From an uncultured Gammaproteobacteria bacterium (lineage in GTDB: Bacteria > Pseudomonadota > Gammaproteobacteria > Steroidobacterales > BM003): a stretch of 64,000 nucleotides of DNA. Made by a program: the position numbers and the translations under genes. The notes under the pieces are model-generated. The model was not told the DNA's origin and did no database searches. It saw nothing but the letters and a program-made list of their open reading frames with translations. Of the stretch, positions 59,527-64,000 are shown piece by piece. The stretch lies in NCBI GenBank assembly GCA_963783695.1, contig CAWAOM010000006.1, forward strand, positions 324,715 through 388,714, given 5' to 3'. The number at the start of each line of letters is the position of its first letter. Positions within the stretch are counted from its first letter, which is position 1.

Positions 59527-59600
59527 TGGCTGGGGGACCAGGATTCGAACCTGGGTTGACGGAGTCAGAGTCCGTAGTCCTACCGCTAGACGATCCCCCA
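59527..59600 (-). tRNA. tRNA-Gln (anticodon CUG)
   Basis: The reverse complement TGGGGGATCGTCTAGCGGTAGGACTACGGACTCTGACTCCGTCAACCCAGGTTCGAATCCTGGTCCCCCAGCCA folds as a cloverleaf: 7-bp acceptor, ACGGA/TCCGT anticodon stem, loop CTCTGAC, CCAGG-TTCGAAT-CCTGG T-arm, encoded CCA. Confidence 0.92.
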
Positions 59601-59623
59601 AGTAATCGTTTCGCGAGACTCGA

Positions 59624-60016
59624 TCAACGCTTGGAGTACTGGGTCGCGCGACGGGCTTTGCGCAGGCCGACTTTCTTACGTTCGACCTCACGCGCATCGC
59701 GGGTGACGAACCCTGCCTGACGCAGCGGCTTGCGCAGCGTTTCATCGTACTCCATCAGCGCCCGGGTGATGCCGTGGCGAATCGCGCCGGCCTGACCGGT
59801 GTTGCCACCGCCGGTAACGGAAACCGTGATATCGAAGCGATCTTCGAGACCGGCAACCTGCAGCGGCTGGCGCACGATCATGCGACCGGTTTCGCGGCCG
59901 AAGAAAGTATCCAGCGGACGACGATTGACGGTGATATTGCCGCTGCCCGGACGAATGTACACGCGTGCCGCAGAAGTTTTGCGACGCCCGGTACCGTAAT
60001 AAACGTTTTCAGCCAT
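59624..60016 (-). CDS. rpsI: 30S ribosomal protein S9
   Basis: [26 protein letters not shown]...[14 protein letters not shown]. Start at ATG 60016. Confidence 0.95.
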   Translation of the reverse strand: MAENVYYGTGRRKTSAARVYIRPGSGNITVNRRPLDTFFGRETGRMIVRQPLQVAGLEDRFDITVSVTGGGNTGQAGAIRHGITRALMEYDETLRKPLRQAGFVTRDAREVERKKVGLRKARRATQYSKR

Positions 60017-60050
60017 AACTAATGAGTATCCGTGTGTTGCGTGCGCCGGC

Positions 60051-60479
60051 TCAGATGTCGAGCGGCTTTGGCTGCTGTGCTTCATGCGGGTGCTCGGCAC
60101 CGGCGAAAACACGCAGTTTCTTGTACATGGCCCGACCCAACGGGTTCTTCGGCATCATCCCCTTCACTGCATACTGGATCGCCTTTTCAGGCTTTTCGGC
60201 AAGCAGCTTCTCGAGATTTGTCGACTTCAAATTACCGATATAACCGGTGTGCCGGTAATACATCTTGTCCTGCAACTTACGGCCCGTAACTCTCACGTCG
60301 CCGGCGTTGACCACGATGACGTAATCGCCCGTGTCGACATGGGGCGTGTATTCAGGTTTGTGCTTGCCACGCAGGCGCCGCGCGATTTCGGTCGCCAGCC
60401 TGCCAAGCGTTTTACCCGAGGCATCGACCACATACCAGTCGCGCCTAACCGTTTCGGGCTTAGCGGAAAAAGTCTTCAT
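60051..60479 (-). CDS. rplM: 50S ribosomal protein L13
   Basis: [52 protein letters not shown]. Start at ATG 60479. Confidence 0.95.
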   Translation of the reverse strand: MKTFSAKPETVRRDWYVVDASGKTLGRLATEIARRLRGKHKPEYTPHVDTGDYVIVVNAGDVRVTGRKLQDKMYYRHTGYIGNLKSTNLEKLLAEKPEKAIQYAVKGMMPKNPLGRAMYKKLRVFAGAEHPHEAQQPKPLDI

Positions 60480-60759
60480 GACGGCTCCGGGCAAGACTGC
60501 CCCTAGAGAAAGACGCGGAATTTTATAGGAGCTTTGCGGCTTTTGCAAATACTGGGCCTCCCCTGTAGCAACGCCTTTAACTTATTGAAAAGTATTTAAT
60601 TTTAATCGGCGGGGAACTACGGAAGCAGCCCCTGCGACTGCCTGGGGCCGGAGTCGCCACCACGGACGGCCCACTATCACCTGAAAATACAGTTACCTGA
60701 GGGATAGGCCGCGCTCCTGATTCAGCCCACCCCGGCACCGCGTGGGCGCGCGAAGGACA

Positions 60760-60948
60760 TAAGGTTACCTCCGGCACCGTGTGCGGCATACGGCACCTGA
60801 AGGACATAAGGTTACCTCCGGCACCGTGCGCGCGTAAGGTTACCTCCGGCACCGTGTGGCGCGTAAGGTTACCTCCGGCACCGTGCGCGCGAAGGACATA
60901 AGGTTACCTCCGGCACCGTGCGCGCGTAAGGTTACCTCCGGCACCGTG
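60760..60948. repeat. Array of six identical 22-bp direct repeats TAAGGTTACCTCCGGCACCGTG in the rplM-coq7 intergenic region
   Basis: Copies start at 60760, 60807, 60835, 60864, 60899 and 60927 (spacings 47, 28, 29, 35, 28 bp). Three copies (1, 2, 5) are preceded by GAAGGACA. Degenerate half-copies lie at about 60692, 60732, 60791 and 60953. Confidence 0.9.
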
Positions 60949-61003
60949 TGCGGCACGGCACCGTGTGGGCGCGGCGCGGGGCAATCGGTACAATGCTCTA
61001 CTT

Positions 61004-61648
61004 ATGAACTCGCCTCCGAAAGATCTTCCCGACGCACTTGTGAGCCAGGTCGACCGCGTGCTCCGCTCTTTGCTGTCCGTGGAGCGCAAGACCGAGCGCG
61101 AAAATCCGGCCACCGACGAGGGCGAGGCCGAGCTTTCCGCGGATCAGCGCCGCCATGCCGCCGCGCTGATGCGGATCAATCATGCCGGCGAGGTCGCGGC
61201 GCAGGGCCTTTATCACGGCCAGTCGACCACGGCCCGGCTCGGCGCGGTCCGCGCGGCAATGGACGAGGCTGCGGAAGAGGAATTCGAGCATCTCAAGTGG
61301 TGTGAGGAACGACTCGAGGAACTCGGCAGCCGGCCGAGCCTGCTCGGGCCGTTATGGTATGCCGGCGCTTTTGCGATAGGCGCCGCCGCCGGGATTGCGG
61401 GCGACCGCTGGAGCCTCGGTTTTGTTGCCGAGACGGAACGCCAGGTCGTACGCCATCTCGATCAACATCTCGAACGTCTGCCCGAGGAAGACGAGCGCAG
61501 CCGCGCAATCCTCCGGCAAATGCGCAAGGACGAGGAAAAACACGGCGCGACCGCCAGCGCGGCCGGCGGCGCGGATTTACCTGCGCCAGTGCGCGGGCTG
61601 ATGACGTTGACATCGCGCATCATGACCCGATCGGCCTACTGGTTCTGA
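61004..61648 (+). CDS. coq7: 2-polyprenyl-3-methyl-6-methoxy-1,4-benzoquinone (demethoxyubiquinone) hydroxylase, di-iron Coq7 type
   Basis: [32 protein letters not shown] and DEEKH carboxylate-bridged di-iron motifs. ATG 61004. Confidence 0.9.
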   Translation: MNSPPKDLPDALVSQVDRVLRSLLSVERKTERENPATDEGEAELSADQRRHAAALMRINHAGEVAAQGLYHGQSTTARLGAVRAAMDEAAEEEFEHLKWCEERLEELGSRPSLLGPLWYAGAFAIGAAAGIAGDRWSLGFVAETERQVVRHLDQHLERLPEEDERSRAILRQMRKDEEKHGATASAAGGADLPAPVRGLMTLTSRIMTRSAYWF

Positions 61649-61776
61649 CGTACTCTGGCCTGAACTGCCCTGCCACGCCGCACGCTCACTGCCCCGGCGC
61701 AACTTGCGGGCTGGCGCTTTGTGTTATAAAAGACGGCAACTCATTGACATAACGCAAACCGGCACTGGGGGGTCGC

Positions 61777-62451
61777 ATGCAAGAAGCGGTCGACGCCAAC
61801 GGGGACATCCCCGCGATTAGCAAGTTCTTAAGTTACTGCCGCATACGGACAATTTCACCGAAATCGGTGGTCATTCATGCGGGCGACCTGCCGGATACGT
61901 TGTATTACATCGTTGACGGCTCGGTTGAGGTCATGATCGAAGACGAGGACGGCAACGAGATGGTCCTGTCGTATCTCAACAAGGGTGAGTTTTTCGGCGA
62001 GATGGGGCTCTTTTACGAGCGCCCGACACGCAGCGCCTGGGTCCGCACCCGCGGCGAATGCGAAATTGCCGAAATGACCTATCCACGGTTCCGCCAGCTG
62101 TCGAACGAGAGTCCGGCGCTGATTTTCGAGCTCGCCACCCAGCTTGCAACCCGCCTCAACCGTACCAATCGCAAACTCGGCGATCTGGCGTTTGTCGACG
62201 TCACCGGCCGTATCGCGCACACGATCATGGATCTGTGCAACGAACCGGATGCGATGACTCATCCCGACGGCATGCAGATCAAGGTCAGCCGCCAGGAGCT
62301 GAGTCGGCTGGTGGGCTGCTCGCGCGAGATGGCCGGACGGGTGCTGAAAGTACTCGAGGAACAGGGGCTGCTCACCGCGAAAGGCAAGACTATTGTCGTG
62401 TTCGGTGCACGCCGAAAGCCGGGGCTGAAGCCGGCGCGTCCAACCGGATGA
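61777..62451 (+). CDS. crp: CRP/FNR-family global regulator (CRP/Vfr/Clp-like)
   Basis: cNMP-binding beta-roll (GEFFGEMGLF) and C-terminal HTH (VSRQELSRLVGCSREMAGRVLKVLEEQGL). Confidence 0.88.
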   Translation: MQEAVDANGDIPAISKFLSYCRIRTISPKSVVIHAGDLPDTLYYIVDGSVEVMIEDEDGNEMVLSYLNKGEFFGEMGLFYERPTRSAWVRTRGECEIAEMTYPRFRQLSNESPALIFELATQLATRLNRTNRKLGDLAFVDVTGRIAHTIMDLCNEPDAMTHPDGMQIKVSRQELSRLVGCSREMAGRVLKVLEEQGLLTAKGKTIVVFGARRKPGLKPARPTG

Positions 62452-62455
62452 CGAC

Positions 62456-62478
62456 GCGGGCTCAGGCCCGCGTTTTTT
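62456..62478 (+). terminator. Terminator hairpin after crp, overlapping the rpe stop
   Basis: GCGGGC-tcag-GCCCGC followed by GTTTTTT. Confidence 0.6.
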
Positions 62479-63136
62479 CGAGTTCCTTGCGCATCGCGGC
62501 GATCGTCGCCGCGTAGTCGTCGCTGCCGAAAATCGCCGAACCCGCGACAAACGTGTCTGCGCCGGCCGCGGCGATCCTGGCGATGTTGTCCACTTTGACC
62601 CCTCCGTCCACCTCAAGCCGGATACTGCGGCCGCTGGCGTCAATCAGTTCGCGCGCACGGCGCAGCTTGTCGAGCGCTGAACGGATAAAACTCTGCCCAC
62701 CAAACCCGGGATTGACCGACATGATCAGGACCATGTCGATCTTGTCGATCACGTATTCGAGCCAGTCCAGCGGAGTCGCCGGGTTGAATACCAGGCCGGC
62801 CTTGCAACCATGGTCGCGGATCAACTGCAGGCTGCGATCGACATGCCCGCTCGCCTCGGGGTGAAACGTAATGTAGTTGGCCCCGGCCTGGGCAAAATCC
62901 GGTATCAGCCGGTCCACCGGGCTCACCATCAGATGGACATCGATATCCGCGCTAATACCATGGCGGCGCAGTGCCTCGCAGACCAGCGGGCCAATCGTCA
63001 GGTTTGGTACGTAGTGGTTGTCCATCACGTCGAAATGGACGATATCGGCGCCGGCGGCGAGCACGGAATCCACCTCCTCGCCGAGACGCGCAAAATCCGC
63101 GGAGAGTATCGAAGGTGCTATCAGAAAATCCTGCAT
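62462..63136 (-). CDS. rpe: Ribulose-phosphate 3-epimerase
   Basis: [39 protein letters not shown] motifs. Confidence 0.95.
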   Translation of the reverse strand: MQDFLIAPSILSADFARLGEEVDSVLAAGADIVHFDVMDNHYVPNLTIGPLVCEALRRHGISADIDVHLMVSPVDRLIPDFAQAGANYITFHPEASGHVDRSLQLIRDHGCKAGLVFNPATPLDWLEYVIDKIDMVLIMSVNPGFGGQSFIRSALDKLRRARELIDASGRSIRLEVDGGVKVDNIARIAAAGADTFVAGSAIFGSDDYAATIAAMRKELEKTRA

Positions 63137-63204
63137 CGGGTCGGTTCCGTTTGGGGTCGGCCTGAAACTCTACCTAAGCTGGCACACTGGCGCAGCCATG
63201 GTGT

Positions 63205-64000
63205 TCATTTGATCTGGCGCGCATCCCGAACCGTCTCGTACGCGCCACGTATCTCGCGGGTTTTCTCCTGGGCGACTGACTGCATCGACTCGGGCAGCCC
63301 GCGTGCGACCAGTTTGTCCGGATGGTGCTGGTTCATCAGCCTGCGGTAGGCCTTCTTGACCTCGGGGTCGCTGGCCGAGGACTCAACGCCGAGCACTTTG
63401 TAGGCCTGTTTCAACGAATCGCGACGCTGTGGCATCTGCTGCCCGCCGGCGAACGCCTGGTGCGCCCGCGCCATTGCCTCGATTTGGGCAAACTCGACCC
63501 TGGAGATGTCGAGCGCCTGCGAGACCCGCCACAGGAGCCGCCGCACCTCCTGGTGGATCTGCCCATCCGCAAGCGCCGCCCGCAACTGCATATCGACAAA
63601 CGCCCGGCCCAGATCGTGACGTCCGCCGCAGTCGCGGCGCAATCGCATTAGCGCTTCGTCCAGCGGATAGTCGCGGCGTTTGCCGTCGTTGAACTGGGCG
63701 ATGGCGCGCTGTACCTGCTCCGGGCGAAGTTGCATCTGGTGCATCAATGAACGGGCAGCGCGGATTTCATTTTCGGACACCCTGCCATCAGCCTTGGCAA
63801 TGTGTCCCATCACGGCGAAAGTCGTATCGAAGAACTGCTGACCGACCCGCGCCCTGCGCTCGCCGCCGAGGCCGGGTCTGCGTGCGCGCGACTCCGCGGC
63901 GCCGCGATCGAACTGGTGGCCCAGCAGCACGCCGACAACGCCTCCGACCGGACCGAGGAAAATCAACCCCCCAAGCCCGCCAATCAGCTTTCCGAGTTTG
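63205..64000 (-). CDS. djlA: Co-chaperone DjlA (N-terminus just beyond the window edge)
   Basis: TerB-like middle region (FAVMGHIAKADGRVSENEI) and C-terminal J domain (AYKVLGV...AYRRLMNQHHPDK). The frame stays open to position 64000 (KLGKLIGGLGGLIFLGP TM segment). Confidence 0.85.
   Translation of the reverse strand, partial: KLGKLIGGLGGLIFLGPVGGVVGVLLGHQFDRGAAESRARRPGLGGERRARVGQQFFDTTFAVMGHIAKADGRVSENEIRAARSLMHQMQLRPEQVQRAIAQFNDGKRRDYPLDEALMRLRRDCGGRHDLGRAFVDMQLRAALADGQIHQEVRRLLWRVSQALDISRVEFAQIEAMARAHQAFAGGQQMPQRRDSLKQAYKVLGVESSASDPEVKKAYRRLMNQHHPDKLVARGLPESMQSVAQEKTREIRGAYETVRDARQIK

Noticed and set aside
60760-60948. CRISPR array
   Set aside because: The repeats are only 22 bp, and the intervening sequences are 6-25 bp and themselves repetitive (CGCGCG-type), not unique spacers. 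No cas genes or leader are in the window.
60577-61305. ORFs 60577..60852 (minus strand) and 60856..61305 (plus strand) with repetitive peptides (…VTSGTV… / …PEVTL…)
   Set aside because: They are generated by reading through the 22-bp repeat array. The plus-strand ORF also runs out of frame into coq7. No independent coding evidence exists beyond the SD+ATG mini-ORFs listed as a speculative finding.

Overview
High-GC chromosomal segment of a gammaproteobacterium. The gene content and order look like core genome, with Xanthomonadales-like arginine genes. Nearly all of it is housekeeping.

Main blocks, left to right:
- lgt (partial), rlmI, a YyaL-type thioredoxin-domain gene, and a SLOG/queD/HAD trio.
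- A translationally coupled arginine operon of the acetyl-citrulline type: argF' (N-acetylornithine carbamoyltransferase), argG, argE, bifunctional argA/B, argC, argH, then a PaaI thioesterase.
- A long minus-strand block: tandem glycine riboswitch, gcvT, gcvH, gcvPA, tpx, gcvPB, dgkA, a PfkB kinase, an Nma111-like double-HtrA protease and a DUF123 gene.
- DUF885, ispG and phhB.
- The conserved ubiI-ubiH-pepP-ygfB / zapA-6S RNA-ygfA locus, extended by an EVE-domain gene.
- A lysine-rich histone-H1-like repeat protein, then rpiA.
- A menaquinone cluster (menF, menD, menB, menA, menC, menE, ubiE).
- A Na/Pi transporter, an M28 peptidase, and a two-component system placed divergently from degP.
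- A visibly AT-richer, gene-poor stretch (about 52.4-59.5 kb) with orphan secreted proteins and a decayed PQQ sugar dehydrogenase. It ends at tRNA-Gln, which carries a 19-nt duplicate of its own 3' end.
- rpsI-rplM, coq7, a CRP/Clp regulator, rpe and partial djlA.

Most notable non-annotated signals:
1. A 21-codon leader ORF ending in five consecutive Arg codons. It is followed by mutually exclusive antiterminator and terminator hairpins immediately upstream of argF'. This is a candidate arginine transcription attenuator.
2. An array of six identical 22-bp direct repeats between rplM and coq7. Each repeat carries a GGAGGT (Shine-Dalgarno-like) core on the rplM strand.
3. A tRNA-Gln 3'-end duplication with adjacent strong hairpins.

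I saw no CRISPR array, transposase or integrase.
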